Source: a virus
Length of the DNA: 64,000 bases
IMG/VR virus record: IMGVR_UViG_3300025645_000048
Coordinates: 1 to 64,000 of that record
Strand: one strand, 5' to 3'
Shown: positions 10,231-21,478 of the stretch, one piece after another
How positions within the stretch are numbered: the stretch's first letter is position 1
Layout: each line of letters begins with the position of its first letter
Notes under the pieces: generated by a model
Seen by the model: the letters and a program-made list of their open reading frames with translations, nothing else
Databases searched by the model: none
Told to the model about the DNA's origin: nothing
Program-made: the position numbers and the translations under genes

Positions 10231-11694
10231 ATGGCAGTACAAGCGGTACCCGGATTCGATTTACAACCGAGTTCACAACAAGTCCCTGTATCAACTAATT
10301 ATCTGTCTTCGGCAGACTTTACTTGGTTACAGCAATATCTTCCTGACACTTACGAAAAAGAATTCGAAAGATACGGGAATAGAACAGTAGCATCATTCTT
10401 AAGAATGGTAGGCGCTGAAATGCCTTCTAACTCTGACCTTATCAAATGGGCAGAACAAGGAAGGTTACACAATAAATACCAAGGTTTAACAACTGGATCA
10501 GGAGCAGGTTCTGATACAGCAGTATTCGTTATTCCAGCAGCAGATTTTAATCCAGCATTAGCTTCGCCAAATTTGGCAGCTCTTAGAGCAGGACAAACAG
10601 TAATGTTAAGTTCTTCTGTAGCAGGATCTACATTATCAGCTAAAGGAATTGTAACTGTAGCACCTACTGGAGCTGGAGCTGGAGCTAGAACTTTTAGTGT
10701 AGGATTTTATGAAGCAGCAGGTATGCCTGCATTTACTTCAGGTTCTATAGATTGTTTTATATATGGTTCTGAATTTGCAAAAGGAACAAATGGAATGGTT
10801 GGTTCTAATGAGGCAGATGATTTTATCTTTCAAAACAAACCTATTATTATCAAAGACAAGTATGCAGTGTCTGGTTCTGATATGGCTCAAATTGGTTGGA
10901 TTGAAATCCAGTCTGAAAACGGAGCTAATGGATATTTATGGTATCTTAAATCTGAGCACGAAACGAGACTTAGATTTGAAGACTATTTAGAAACAGCTAT
11001 GGTGGAAGCAGTTCCAGCTGAAGCAGGTTCAGATGCAGGTAATTATCTGCAAGGTTTATTAGCAGGTGGTGCATCAGCAGCAGAAAAATCTGGTTCTGAT
11101 GGTATCTTCTATGTTGTTGAAAATAGAGGTAATGTTTTTGGTGGAGGTAATCCAACAAGTTTAGCTCAGTTTGATAGTGTTATACAAAGACTAGACAAGC
11201 AAGGAGCTATTGAAGAAAATGTTATTTTCTTAAACAGAAACTTCTCGTTTGATATTGATGATATGTTAGCACAACAAAACTCTTATGGAGGTGGTGGTAC
11301 ATCATATGGTCTATTTGACAATGATAAAGACATGGCTTTAAATCTTGGATTTACAGGATTTAGAAGAGGTTATGACTTTTATAAGTCTGACTGGAAGTAC
11401 CTAAACGATCCTACAATGAGAGGTGGTTTAGTTGGTGGAGCAGTTAATGGATTATTAGTTCCAGCTGGTTCAACTACTGTATATGACCAAATCTTAGGAA
11501 AGAATGCTAAAAGACCATTCTTACACGTTAGATATAGAGCTTCTGAAACTGAAGATAGAAGATATAAAACTTGGATTACTGGTTCTGCTGGTGGTGCAAG
11601 AACTTCTGACTTAGATGCGATGGAAGTCAATTTCTTAAGTGAAAGAGCTGTATGTACTTTAGGTGCAAACAACTTCTTTATCTTTAAGGATTAA
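10231..11694 (+). CDS. Major capsid protein
   Basis: 487 aa after the scaffold; QYLPD.YEKEFERYGNR...WAEQGRLH pattern recalled from Bacteroidota podovirus capsids; followed by a terminator. Confidence 0.85.
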   Translation: MAVQAVPGFDLQPSSQQVPVSTNYLSSADFTWLQQYLPDTYEKEFERYGNRTVASFLRMVGAEMPSNSDLIKWAEQGRLHNKYQGLTTGSGAGSDTAVFVIPAADFNPALASPNLAALRAGQTVMLSSSVAGSTLSAKGIVTVAPTGAGAGARTFSVGFYEAAGMPAFTSGSIDCFIYGSEFAKGTNGMVGSNEADDFIFQNKPIIIKDKYAVSGSDMAQIGWIEIQSENGANGYLWYLKSEHETRLRFEDYLETAMVEAVPAEAGSDAGNYLQGLLAGGASAAEKSGSDGIFYVVENRGNVFGGGNPTSLAQFDSVIQRLDKQGAIEENVIFLNRNFSFDIDDMLAQQNSYGGGGTSYGLFDNDKDMALNLGFTGFRRGYDFYKSDWKYLNDPTMRGGLVGGAVNGLLVPAGSTTVYDQILGKNAKRPFLHVRYRASETEDRRYKTWITGSAGGARTSDLDAMEVNFLSERAVCTLGANNFFIFKD

Positions 11695-11708
11695 TATTAT
11701 TGTAAATT

Positions 11709-11744
11709 TTACCCCTACTTAGGTGGGGGTAATATTTATTTTTT
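11709..11744 (+). terminator. Rho-independent terminator after capsid gene
   Basis: TTACCCCTAC / GTGGGGGTAA hairpin followed by a T-rich tract. Confidence 0.7.
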
Positions 11745-11775
11745 ACTGGAATTAAATTAAATTAAATTAAATACA

Positions 11776-12537
11776 ATGAAAAAAAAAGCAAATTACGTTA
11801 CTAAAATATATAAGCTTACTGGTAACAAAGCACCTCTCTCATACATGTTAGCATCAAGGCATTCTCAAAGATCTCCTTTGTTATATTTTGATGAAGAACA
11901 AGGAATTAATAGACCATTAAGATACGCAAGAAATCAAAAAAGTCCATTTGAAGACAAACAAGACGGTAATGCAATTCTAGAACCTATAGTGTTCGATGAT
12001 GGTATGCTAGTAGCTCAAAAAGAAGACCAAGTACTACAAGAGTTTTTACATTATCATCCTGGTAATGGGAAAGTGTTTGTAGAGGTTAATAAAGAGCAAG
12101 ATGCATTGAATGAGCTTTCAGATGCTGAAAGTGTTTTAGAAGCCCAAATAATAGCAAAAGAATTGTCTAGTAATACTCAGAAATTATTACAAGTATCTAG
12201 AGTTTTATTAGGTAATGTGGTTGACAACATGACTATTCCAGAGTTAAAAAGGGATTTGTTAATATACTCAAAGAATAATCCAGAAGACTTTATTAATACG
12301 ATAAACGATCCAATGTTACAATTACAAGATGATGTTTATCAAATATTTAAAGCTGGGTTCTTACAAACACGAAACAATGGTAAAGAGGTTTATTATAACC
12401 TTCCTAACAATAAAAAAAGATTAATATCTGTTCCTTTCGGAGAAGATGCTAATTGGATTGTTGGTTCGTTTTTTCAATCAGATGATGGTGTTGAAATATA
12501 TAAGCTACTTAAAAATCGCTTAAAAAAATCAGAATAA
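11776..12537 (+). CDS. Hypothetical protein of the head module
   Basis: 253-aa ORF with AATTA-repeat leader, directly after the capsid gene. Confidence 0.7.
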   Translation: MKKKANYVTKIYKLTGNKAPLSYMLASRHSQRSPLLYFDEEQGINRPLRYARNQKSPFEDKQDGNAILEPIVFDDGMLVAQKEDQVLQEFLHYHPGNGKVFVEVNKEQDALNELSDAESVLEAQIIAKELSSNTQKLLQVSRVLLGNVVDNMTIPELKRDLLIYSKNNPEDFINTINDPMLQLQDDVYQIFKAGFLQTRNNGKEVYYNLPNNKKRLISVPFGEDANWIVGSFFQSDDGVEIYKLLKNRLKKSE

Positions 12538-12583
12538 AATAATTATCTTTGTATAATTGTTTAACCCCATAAATTTATAAGAT

Positions 12584-12913
12584 ATGGAAAAATTTTTAAA
12601 AGTAACTGTAAGTGATCAAGATTATTTAATTAATGTTAATCACATTCTTACAGTAGAACAAGGATCAGGAACTGGAGCTGTAGACATTTTATATGATATA
12701 GTCGGACATTCAGCAACTGGTGCAAGTGAGGTAATAGGTGTTACATTAACTGCTTCAACAGCAGATGATACAGCTAAAAAGAAAGAGCAAATTGGTAGCA
12801 TCGTAGAGGCTATTGAAGATGCGCTATCTACAAGTTGGAACAGACCTATTTTCAGTATTTCACCGAAATATCCTGTTACAAGCGTTGCTCAAGTAGAAAA
12901 AGCATGGGCATAG
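12584..12913 (+). CDS. Putative virion/decoration protein
   Basis: Has its own TATCTTTG box (12544-12551) and a downstream terminator. Confidence 0.55.
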   Translation: MEKFLKVTVSDQDYLINVNHILTVEQGSGTGAVDILYDIVGHSATGASEVIGVTLTASTADDTAKKKEQIGSIVEAIEDALSTSWNRPIFSISPKYPVTSVAQVEKAWA

Positions 12914-12938
12914 TTTAATCTATTAGACTTAAATTAAG

Positions 12939-12971
12939 AAGAGGCTTAAACAATTGAGCCTCTTTTTTTTT
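12939..12971 (+). terminator. Rho-independent terminator
   Basis: AAGAGGCTTAA-loop-TTGAGCCTCTT hairpin followed by a T run. Confidence 0.85.
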
Positions 12972-12996
12972 GTTTATATTTGTAAAAAGAACTAGA

Positions 12997-14010
12997 ATGA
13001 TTAATTCAGTTAGAAATACAGTACAAGCAATCGCAAACAAGAATAATTATGGATATATATCTCCACAAGATTTTAATTTGTACGCACAACAAGCACAAAT
13101 GGATTTGTTTGAAGACTATTTTTATCAATACAATAGTTGGATAAATAAACAAAACCAAAGAGTGTCTGGTACTGGTTATGCAGATATAGTAAAAAGTTTA
13201 GTAGAAGTAATTGATAGTTTTTCAGTAACTAAAGGATTAATTAAACAAGCAAATAATATGTTTAATCTGCCTGCAGATTACTATTATATAAATAAAATAA
13301 ATTATTACCCCAACTTTGTGGACAGTGGATTCACTACTGCCGCAGGAGTATCTAATCGTTTAACAGACTCAGCTGCTCAGTTTTCTACTAGTGGTGTCGT
13401 TAAAGTAGGGCAATTAATAACAAACACAACATCATCCAGTGATTATGCTGGATTTAGTGCATTTATAGTAAGTATTGATAGCAATACACAATTAACATTA
13501 AGCACAAATATATTTCCTATAGGTGGAGCTGGTGGTGACACATATTCTACATACAATACAACTGGTATTGTAGAGGTTGAACGAGTTAATCAAAATAAAA
13601 TATTTTATTTGAACAACTCACCACTTACTGCTCCTACAACTGGTTTTCCTGCTTATGTGTTAGGTGGTGCAACAAGTGGTATTGTAGGATCGAGTGATTC
13701 TGCACAAGGTCAGTTAGGTAATACTGTTACAGTATATCCAACTACTATAAGCACTGCAGGATCTGTTATTACTGATTATGTAAGATATCCTTTGCCTCCT
13801 AAATGGACATACCAAACTGTAGGTGGGACTTCAGGAAGCCCAGAGTTTGATTCTAACCAAGCTGATTATCAAGATTTTGAATTACCATTATCTGATGAAC
13901 CTGGTATAGTAGCAAAAATTTGTCAGTATGTAGGTATTGAAATAAGAGAAGCTGATGTGTATCAGTTTGGAAAACAAGAAATAGTTGAAGACAATCAAAT
14001 ACAAATATAG
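12997..14010 (+). CDS. Putative head-tail adaptor / tail ring protein
   Basis: ATG at 12997 after TATATTTG box (12975-12982); YISPQDFNLYAQQAQ N-terminus; YVRYPLPPKW...DFELP C-terminus; position. Confidence 0.6.
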   Translation: MINSVRNTVQAIANKNNYGYISPQDFNLYAQQAQMDLFEDYFYQYNSWINKQNQRVSGTGYADIVKSLVEVIDSFSVTKGLIKQANNMFNLPADYYYINKINYYPNFVDSGFTTAAGVSNRLTDSAAQFSTSGVVKVGQLITNTTSSSDYAGFSAFIVSIDSNTQLTLSTNIFPIGGAGGDTYSTYNTTGIVEVERVNQNKIFYLNNSPLTAPTTGFPAYVLGGATSGIVGSSDSAQGQLGNTVTVYPTTISTAGSVITDYVRYPLPPKWTYQTVGGTSGSPEFDSNQADYQDFELPLSDEPGIVAKICQYVGIEIREADVYQFGKQEIVEDNQIQI

Positions 14011-14013
14011 ATT

Positions 14014-14922
14014 ATGGCGTATTTAAACGATTATCAATATTATGCAAATGAAGGTGGCACTCCTAAAGATAAAAATTGGGGTTCATATCAATATGTTACT
14101 TTAGATGAAATAGTTAACAATTTCATGTTAATGTATCAAGGTAATAATGAATTGATAAATAATATTACACGATATAAAGTTTTATTTCATGCAAAAAGAG
14201 GGATACAAGAGTTGAACTATGATGCAATGAAAGAAATAAAAATATTACAATTAGCTTTAGATGATTCATTATTATTTGTTTTACCTCATGATTATGTAAA
14301 CTGGGTTAGAGTGTCAATGTTTCAAAATGGAGTGTTATTTCCACTTACTGAAAATATACAAACACAATGGGCTAGTACTTATTTACAAGACAACAATAAT
14401 AATATACTGTTTGATCAAAATGGAAATGTTCTAAAGCCACAAGATTCACCATTGGATTTATCAAAAAAAACAATCTATTTAAATAACGAAAGCCTATACG
14501 ACGGGTGTGAAGGTTATTGTGTAGATGGTTTATGGTATTTTGATTTTGCTATTGGTGGACATTTTGGATTAAACACTGAAACTGCTAACACTAATCCTAC
14601 TTTTTCTATAGATAAACAAAGAGGTGTTATCAATTTTAGCTCTATTGCATCTGGGCAGTCTATTGTATTAGAATATGTTTCTGATGGAATGGAGAAAGGC
14701 AACGATGCTGACATTAGTGTAAATAAGTTATTTGAAGAATTTATTTATGCATATATTAAATACTCTATATTAAATGGTAAATTAGGAGTTCAAGAATATG
14801 TTGTAAACAGAGCTAGAAAAGATAAGTCTTCTTTATTAAGAAACGCAAAAATTAGATTAAGTAATATACACCCTGGTCGACTTTTAATGAATATGAGAGG
14901 TCAGGCTAAATGGATTAAGTAA
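14014..14922 (+). CDS. Putative tail tubular/ring protein
   Basis: LPHDYVNWVRV motif typical of podovirus ring proteins; position before the nozzle-like gene. Confidence 0.6.
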   Translation: MAYLNDYQYYANEGGTPKDKNWGSYQYVTLDEIVNNFMLMYQGNNELINNITRYKVLFHAKRGIQELNYDAMKEIKILQLALDDSLLFVLPHDYVNWVRVSMFQNGVLFPLTENIQTQWASTYLQDNNNNILFDQNGNVLKPQDSPLDLSKKTIYLNNESLYDGCEGYCVDGLWYFDFAIGGHFGLNTETANTNPTFSIDKQRGVINFSSIASGQSIVLEYVSDGMEKGNDADISVNKLFEEFIYAYIKYSILNGKLGVQEYVVNRARKDKSSLLRNAKIRLSNIHPGRLLMNMRGQAKWIK

Positions 14923-14923
14923 T

Positions 14924-17900
14924 ATGCCAATAGTAACTACAAATTTTGTACGCGGAAGAATGAATAAAAGCGTGGATGAGAGACTTCTTCCTCCAGGCGA
15001 ATATGTCAATGCTATAAATGTTAGGCTAGGATCAACTGAAACCACAGAAATAGGAGCTGTAGAAAATTCTAAAGGAAATACTAAACTTACAACATTACAA
15101 TATGAAGGTGCTGATTTAACAAATGCAACTTGTATTGGTGCATATGATGATGGAGCTAATGAAACTATATATTGGTTTATAACATCAACAACTGTAGATA
15201 TGATTGTTTCTTTTGATACAAAAAATGAACTAATCACTTATCACGTAGTTTCTGTAAGCGTTTTAAATTTTAACACTACAAACCTAATTAATAGTGTAAA
15301 CAAAATAGGTAATTTATTGTTTTTTACTGATGATGTAAATCCACCACGAAAAATTAATGTTACCAGAAATTATCCTAGTCCACTATCTGGTGCAGATGTT
15401 GTAACAGATAAAGAGTTAAATGTCATTGTTCAGCCACCTTTAGCGGCACCTACATTTAATTTAATATCACAGGCGACTGAAGCGAATTATATGGAAACTC
15501 GTATGATTTCTTTTGCTTATAGATATAAATATCAAGATGATGAGTATAGTGCACTATCACAATTTACTGACATAGCCTTTGTTCCTGGAGTTTTTAAGCT
15601 AGATATAGCCACAAATCTAAACAGTGGTATGAAAAACATTTATAATGCAGTAGAGCTTAGTTTTAACACTGGAGACTCTAATGTAGTTGGGGTTGATTTA
15701 ATTTTTAAATTTGCAGACTCTAACGTATTAAATGTTATTGAAAGATTTAACAAGTCTAATTATGGATGGCCAGATAATACAATTCAGACACAAACATTTA
15801 GTAATAGTAAAATATATACAATACTACCAGATAGTGAATTATTAAGGCTTTATGATAATGTGCCAAGAACTGCAAAAGCACAAACTTTAATGGGTAATAG
15901 GTTGGTGTATGGTAACTATGTAGATGGTTACGATATGGTAGATAGTGATGGCAATAGTTGTCAAATGACTTTTGAAGCAGAAAGAGTTAGTAGTAATATA
16001 GAAACAAATGATTTCACTCCTACTTTAGTAAGTGGAGCACAATACACTATTGACACTCCACAAACTATAGCTAATAGTACTGTTTCTATAGATTTATCTG
16101 ATATTGCCACAAAATTAAAAAGTGGAGCTGTATTAGATTTTGATTTTACATTTATTCATTCTACATTTTCTGGCAATAGTGGTTCAACAACCACATCACA
16201 ACCTTCAACTGACATCTCTACAATATTTACATTAGCACAAGATTTTAATAGTGTTTATGAAATGGTAAATAGTGTTGATTTTAAAACCAGAATTGGAAGT
16301 GAACCTGCATACTTTACAACTGTTGCTAATGCTTGTTCTAATGGAACAAGTTTTACCGATACATTTAATTGTGCTGTAACTAATCCTGGTGATAGTAATT
16401 CTAACATTGGTTGGTCAAAAAGCGAAAGTGGTATTTCTGGTTTAAATCAAGGAATTAGAATAACATCACAACCAGGTTCAAATGTAGTTACATTTCAAAT
16501 ACCAGCAATGAAGTTTGTTGATTCTGATCCTTCAATAGGAACTTCAGCACCTTTATATGAATATTATAAATTTACTTCTGGCGAGGTGTTGTTTTTAGGA
16601 AATGGTAACACTAAAAGTTTACATAGTAACAGAAATTACGAAGTAGGGGTGGTTTATATGGATGAATATTTAAGAAGTTCTACCGCTTTAGTCTCACCAG
16701 ACAATACAATATTTACACCTGCATCAACATCAGCTCAAAAAAATCAAATTAAAGTTACTATACCAATTACTCAAAAACCTCCTTACTGGGCAAGTAAGTA
16801 TAAATTTGTAGTAAAAAGAGCTGAGGGGCCTTATGAAACTATTTATAGTAATTTTTATTACAGAGACACTACCACTAATACAGTGTATTTTAAATTAGAA
16901 GGGCAAAATCAAACTAAAGTAAAAACTGGGGATATATTAAGGGTAAAAGCTGATACATTTGGAGCTTTATCTACTTATCAAACACAAGAAGTTTTGAGTG
17001 TAGATGCAAAAGAACAAAACTTTTTAACTCCTGCGGCAAATATAGAAACAGGTGGAATTGCTCCTTATATTTCTGAATTAGCAGGATTATACATGGAGTT
17101 AAAACCAACTAATTTCAATATAGACACATCAGAAGACTCTTCTGCATGGAGCTCTGGAACTGAATCTGATCAGTCGAAAAGAAATTACCCAAGTATTCAA
17201 ATACCTTGTTTTAGAAACAGAACGAGTGGAGATACAAACGTTGTGTTGCCAGAAGGGAGTTTAGTAACATTTGATTTTGAGTTTTTTAGAAGCGAAAGAA
17301 ATAACCGAGCAGGTTCAGAAATATACAACTATAATAAAACTTTTCAAGCATCTAATGATTACGATAATTTATATGATTTTGTAGTTGGTGAGGCTATTGA
17401 TTTTACTGGTGGTGTAGACACAAGCACAGATGATTCTGGTGCAAATCAAAATATATTTATTAATGAAAATCCATTACCATCTAAAAGTATACCTGGAAGA
17501 ATACAAGGTAAGAATCAATATAGGTTTTCTACAACTAATGGAAATACACCATCTACAGGAACAGGACAAACTAATTTTTTATATTTAGCATTAAAAAGTG
17601 GTACACAAGGAGTTGGAGGACACCCATCAAGAGTAAAAGGTAGGATATCTGTACAAGTTGCAAATTCAATAATAACTTTTGAGTCAATACCAGTAGATGT
17701 TGATAATGACATATATTATGAAGACGATGCATGTTATGATATAACAGGTGGTTTTCACACTGGAACAACACAAACACAAACTAGCACACTACCAGCTATT
17801 AGTACTTTAGGCTTTTTTGATTGTTTTTCATTTGGTAATGGTGTAGAAAGTTTTAAAGTAGAAGATTCTCTTATAGGACAATCGTTCACTCTAGGACAAA

Positions 17901-19747
17901 GAGTGACATCTGTATCGGACCAAGACTATAAAGAAGCAGATAGGTTTGCAGGAATGACTTACAGTGGCTTATACAGTGAAGAATCTAATGTAAATAGACT
18001 AAATGAGTTTAATTTAGGTTTAGCGAACTTCAAAGACTGTGAGGTTACTTATGGTCCAATTCAGGTTTTACATGCAAGAGAAACAGATATAATGTGTTTA
18101 CAAGAAGACAAAATATCTTATGTGTTGGCACAAAAAGATGTTTTAACAACTGCGGATGGTGGGGGTGCAATATCAGCTTCTCCTTTAGTCTTAGGACAAC
18201 AAGTAGCAAGAATAGAGGAATATGGTATAAGTAGCAACCCTGAAAGTTTTGCCTCACATGGTGATTCTATGTATTTTACAGATGCTAAAAGAAATGCAGT
18301 AATACAGTTAAAAGGAGCAGGAAGACAACAAGCATTAGTTGTTATATCTGAACTAGGAATGAGGTCTTATTTTAGAGATTTATTTACACAAAATTTTAAT
18401 AAACAAAAACTAGGTGGATTTGATCCGTATATGAATGAATATATATTATCTTCTACTGTAACTGATATACCATCAGTAATTGTACCATTACCATGTGGTA
18501 CATTAATTTCAAGACAATCTGTTACAAATGCTTCATCTTATTCAATAGATTTTGGAACTTCTCAAGGTACTGTAGACTTTACATTTAATGTAACTGGAAC
18601 GGTGACTTTACAAGTGGTTTGGGATAATAATAGTGTTATTAATCAATCAATTACTGGAAGTGGCACTGTAAGTTTTAACAAAAACAAAGCTAATCCAGCA
18701 ACTGCTACAGTTACAATAACACCAAGTGGAAGTGCTACATATGATATTACACCTAATTGTCCAACAACTAATGAAATTATTGTTGTTCAAATAACTTTAG
18801 GTTCACCAGTAGATGATGGTAAGTTTATTCATAATCAATATTACTGGAACAAAGGAACATTAACAAGTCCTGTTTCAAGTGAACTTATAACTTTTAATTC
18901 TGCTGATCCTGTAGAAAGTTTTATATCAACGACTGGACAAACTTCAGTTGGGATTATGCCAGTATCTGGTTCAAGTATTACAATGCAGTCTAATAAAAAA
19001 GATTTTGATGATTTTGTTTTTGATGGAACAGTAGATAAGTTTAAATACTTAGTAAGCCCTATACAATATACTGCAAATGATTGGGCTATAATTGATGCTG
19101 CATCAACAACTGCAACACCAATAACAAATCCATCAACTGGATTGTATCAAGCATCATTTACTTATACTAATAGTAGTCCTATAACAGACAAATATTTATA
19201 CATGGTATGGGATTACAGAAATGTAACTAATATAGTGCTTAGAGATGGATCGACTGATTTAACTGCATGTTGCTCTGGAAACTCTGTCAGCTATTACATA
19301 GACACAGATAGTTTTGCTACAGCTACAGCAGTATGGACAGATTCAAATTTACACACTAAAGCGCCTAATCAATTTTATCAAGCAACGAGTATTGTGAGAG
19401 AACAATCTGCAGGACTTTTATTGCCTTCAGTAACTTGTGCTCCATGTGGTACTGCTATACCATTATGCTCAAGCACTACAGGTGCTTCAGATATATGTTG
19501 TACTGGTTGCACATACTCTTCTTATTCTTCTTCTATAATGAAGTCTTTAAGGTCAGAAGCTTGTGGATTAGCTCAAGATCAAACATATTATCACAATGGA
19601 ACTGGAACGACACCAGTTGTAAATAATTTTGTATATTCTAATAACACTGGAACTACTCTACTTGCAGCGGGATATTATTCTCTGAGTGCAACATCAGTAA
19701 TATATGTCAATAGCTCTGGTATGGTAGAAAATTTATTAACTTGCTAA
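14924..19747 (+). CDS. Tail stabilisation/nozzle (P22 gp10-like) protein, N-terminal part, with Cys-rich C-terminal extension
   Basis: GRMNKSVDERLLPPGEYVNAINV start; LFFTDDVNPPRKIN; FAYRYKYQDDEYSALS; EYGISSNPESFA; YFTDAKR. Confidence 0.75.
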   Translation: MPIVTTNFVRGRMNKSVDERLLPPGEYVNAINVRLGSTETTEIGAVENSKGNTKLTTLQYEGADLTNATCIGAYDDGANETIYWFITSTTVDMIVSFDTKNELITYHVVSVSVLNFNTTNLINSVNKIGNLLFFTDDVNPPRKINVTRNYPSPLSGADVVTDKELNVIVQPPLAAPTFNLISQATEANYMETRMISFAYRYKYQDDEYSALSQFTDIAFVPGVFKLDIATNLNSGMKNIYNAVELSFNTGDSNVVGVDLIFKFADSNVLNVIERFNKSNYGWPDNTIQTQTFSNSKIYTILPDSELLRLYDNVPRTAKAQTLMGNRLVYGNYVDGYDMVDSDGNSCQMTFEAERVSSNIETNDFTPTLVSGAQYTIDTPQTIANSTVSIDLSDIATKLKSGAVLDFDFTFIHSTFSGNSGSTTTSQPSTDISTIFTLAQDFNSVYEMVNSVDFKTRIGSEPAYFTTVANACSNGTSFTDTFNCAVTNPGDSNSNIGWSKSESGISGLNQGIRITSQPGSNVVTFQIPAMKFVDSDPSIGTSAPLYEYYKFTSGEVLFLGNGNTKSLHSNRNYEVGVVYMDEYLRSSTALVSPDNTIFTPASTSAQKNQIKVTIPITQKPPYWASKYKFVVKRAEGPYETIYSNFYYRDTTTNTVYFKLEGQNQTKVKTGDILRVKADTFGALSTYQTQEVLSVDAKEQNFLTPAANIETGGIAPYISELAGLYMELKPTNFNIDTSEDSSAWSSGTESDQSKRNYPSIQIPCFRNRTSGDTNVVLPEGSLVTFDFEFFRSERNNRAGSEIYNYNKTFQASNDYDNLYDFVVGEAIDFTGGVDTSTDDSGANQNIFINENPLPSKSIPGRIQGKNQYRFSTTNGNTPSTGTGQTNFLYLALKSGTQGVGGHPSRVKGRISVQVANSIITFESIPVDVDNDIYYEDDACYDITGGFHTGTTQTQTSTLPAISTLGFFDCFSFGNGVESFKVEDSLIGQSFTLGQRVTSVSDQDYKEADRFAGMTYSGLYSEESNVNRLNEFNLGLANFKDCEVTYGPIQVLHARETDIMCLQEDKISYVLAQKDVLTTADGGGAISASPLVLGQQVARIEEYGISSNPESFASHGDSMYFTDAKRNAVIQLKGAGRQQALVVISELGMRSYFRDLFTQNFNKQKLGGFDPYMNEYILSSTVTDIPSVIVPLPCGTLISRQSVTNASSYSIDFGTSQGTVDFTFNVTGTVTLQVVWDNNSVINQSITGSGTVSFNKNKANPATATVTITPSGSATYDITPNCPTTNEIIVVQITLGSPVDDGKFIHNQYYWNKGTLTSPVSSELITFNSADPVESFISTTGQTSVGIMPVSGSSITMQSNKKDFDDFVFDGTVDKFKYLVSPIQYTANDWAIIDAASTTATPITNPSTGLYQASFTYTNSSPITDKYLYMVWDYRNVTNIVLRDGSTDLTACCSGNSVSYYIDTDSFATATAVWTDSNLHTKAPNQFYQATSIVREQSAGLLLPSVTCAPCGTAIPLCSSTTGASDICCTGCTYSSYSSSIMKSLRSEACGLAQDQTYYHNGTGTTPVVNNFVYSNNTGTTLLAAGYYSLSATSVIYVNSSGMVENLLTC

Positions 19748-19750
19748 ATA

Positions 19751-21469
19751 ATGGCTACAGATAACACATATTATATAGACACGAGTTTGTTCTCAACAGC
19801 TACAGCGGTGTGGTCTGATAGTGCATTAACAACTAAAGCACCAGATGGGTGGTATCAAGCACCTACAGAAACTACAGTTACATACAGGCAACAAACAGGT
19901 GGAACTTTAGGAACTGCGGCAAACTGTGAGTGTCCAGTGCCATGTGGTAGTAATATTAGTGGAAGTGGAAATGTTGGTAGTTATATTATTGATATTGATA
20001 TGGGTAACACCACGGCAGATGTGGGTGCAATAATTGTGTATTTTCAACCTTATAATATTCCAGATGGAATTTTAGCAACTTTTGATTCAACTACTTACAA
20101 TACCTTAACTACTAATAATCATGGTATTGAATTAGCTACTGCTGGAGAAATAAATTTTGTAGGTACACCTACTGGAGGTTGTACAGCTAGTGATTTAGAA
20201 GGAAGTTCTACCACAGTTTCTAACTACACATATAATGGAACTGCTTTTGTAGATACGGGTACAGATACTACTATAGTCATACCAGCTTCAGGTACAGTAA
20301 ACTTAAATGCTACTGGTAATATTTTTTATACTATGGTGATACCTAAACCAAATGCAACACCTTCTAATTTAAGGTTACAGTTGGTTGGGGTTTGTGGTAG
20401 TACAGCATTTCAGTTTGATGCAATATGTCCAGCGGCTTTACCTTCGTTTACTACCAATACGGTTCAAACAAATCCAGGCTTAGCTTGTAGCGCGACACAA
20501 GATCAAACATATTATTTTGCACGAAATTCATCTTCCTTAGGTCAAACTACTCCTGTGCCAGACAGCAATACAATTCCTCAAATAGGAAACTTTGTGTTTT
20601 CTAACAATACCGGTGCTACAGCTTTAGCTGATGGGTTTTATAAATTAGATGCAACAATTGTTGCTCAAGTTGTTTCTGGTGTAGTTTCTGCAACTTCAAC
20701 ATGTCCAACTAACACTGCATTTGCATCCTCATCAACTGGTGCATCTGTAAGTGCAGCTTGTACAGACACAATCGATCAGACATTTTATCATAATGGTTCT
20801 GGAACATTACCTACATCTGGAGATAATGCATTCTCTGATGCTGGTGGAACAACTCCATTATCAGCAGGGTACTACAAATTAAATGCAACTTCTTATATTG
20901 AAATAACTGGTTCTGCAGGACTGGTTAGTGGTCCATCTAGTTTTGCATTAGGCACATCATTCAGTTCAAGCACAAGTCAAGCTAGTGGAACCGATGCATG
21001 TGCAGCTTCATTAACAACAACATTTTATCATAATGGCTCTGGTTCATTGCCTGTAGCTAGTGACACATGTTATACAGATGCATGTAAGACCATAACATTA
21101 CCCGATGGTTTATATAAAATAACAACTACCAATGGAGGTAGTTATATTACAATAACTGGAGGAAGTGGTGTAGTTGCATCTGTAACTAACTGTAATACTT
21201 GTACAGCTTACCCAAGTAGTAATCCATTAAGTTTTGGAGCAATATGTAACCCTGGTGCTACTCCATCTATAGATAACATGTATTATCATAACGGATCGGG
21301 TACATACCCAGTAACTGGAGACACAGTATATACTACTATAGGATGTAGTAATCCTTTAAATGGTGGTAATTCTTACTTTTATATTTATTCAGTAGGAACT
21401 AATAATTTTTATATACGTGTAAATTCAAGTGGTGTAGTAATTTTAGACTCAAGTTGTACACCACCTTAA
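19751..21469 (+). CDS. Cys/Thr/Ser-rich repeat virion protein (putative adhesin/appendage)
   Basis: Several AC...T(F/Y)YHNGSG..P...D repeats, similar to the C-terminus of 14924..19747. Confidence 0.6.
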   Translation: MATDNTYYIDTSLFSTATAVWSDSALTTKAPDGWYQAPTETTVTYRQQTGGTLGTAANCECPVPCGSNISGSGNVGSYIIDIDMGNTTADVGAIIVYFQPYNIPDGILATFDSTTYNTLTTNNHGIELATAGEINFVGTPTGGCTASDLEGSSTTVSNYTYNGTAFVDTGTDTTIVIPASGTVNLNATGNIFYTMVIPKPNATPSNLRLQLVGVCGSTAFQFDAICPAALPSFTTNTVQTNPGLACSATQDQTYYFARNSSSLGQTTPVPDSNTIPQIGNFVFSNNTGATALADGFYKLDATIVAQVVSGVVSATSTCPTNTAFASSSTGASVSAACTDTIDQTFYHNGSGTLPTSGDNAFSDAGGTTPLSAGYYKLNATSYIEITGSAGLVSGPSSFALGTSFSSSTSQASGTDACAASLTTTFYHNGSGSLPVASDTCYTDACKTITLPDGLYKITTTNGGSYITITGGSGVVASVTNCNTCTAYPSSNPLSFGAICNPGATPSIDNMYYHNGSGTYPVTGDTVYTTIGCSNPLNGGNSYFYIYSVGTNNFYIRVNSSGVVILDSSCTPP

Positions 21470-21478
21470 TAACAAACT

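Noticed and set aside
10763-10990. Same-strand alternative-frame ORF in the capsid gene
   Set aside because: Leu/Met-rich shadow of biased codon usage, with no recognisable motif or leader.
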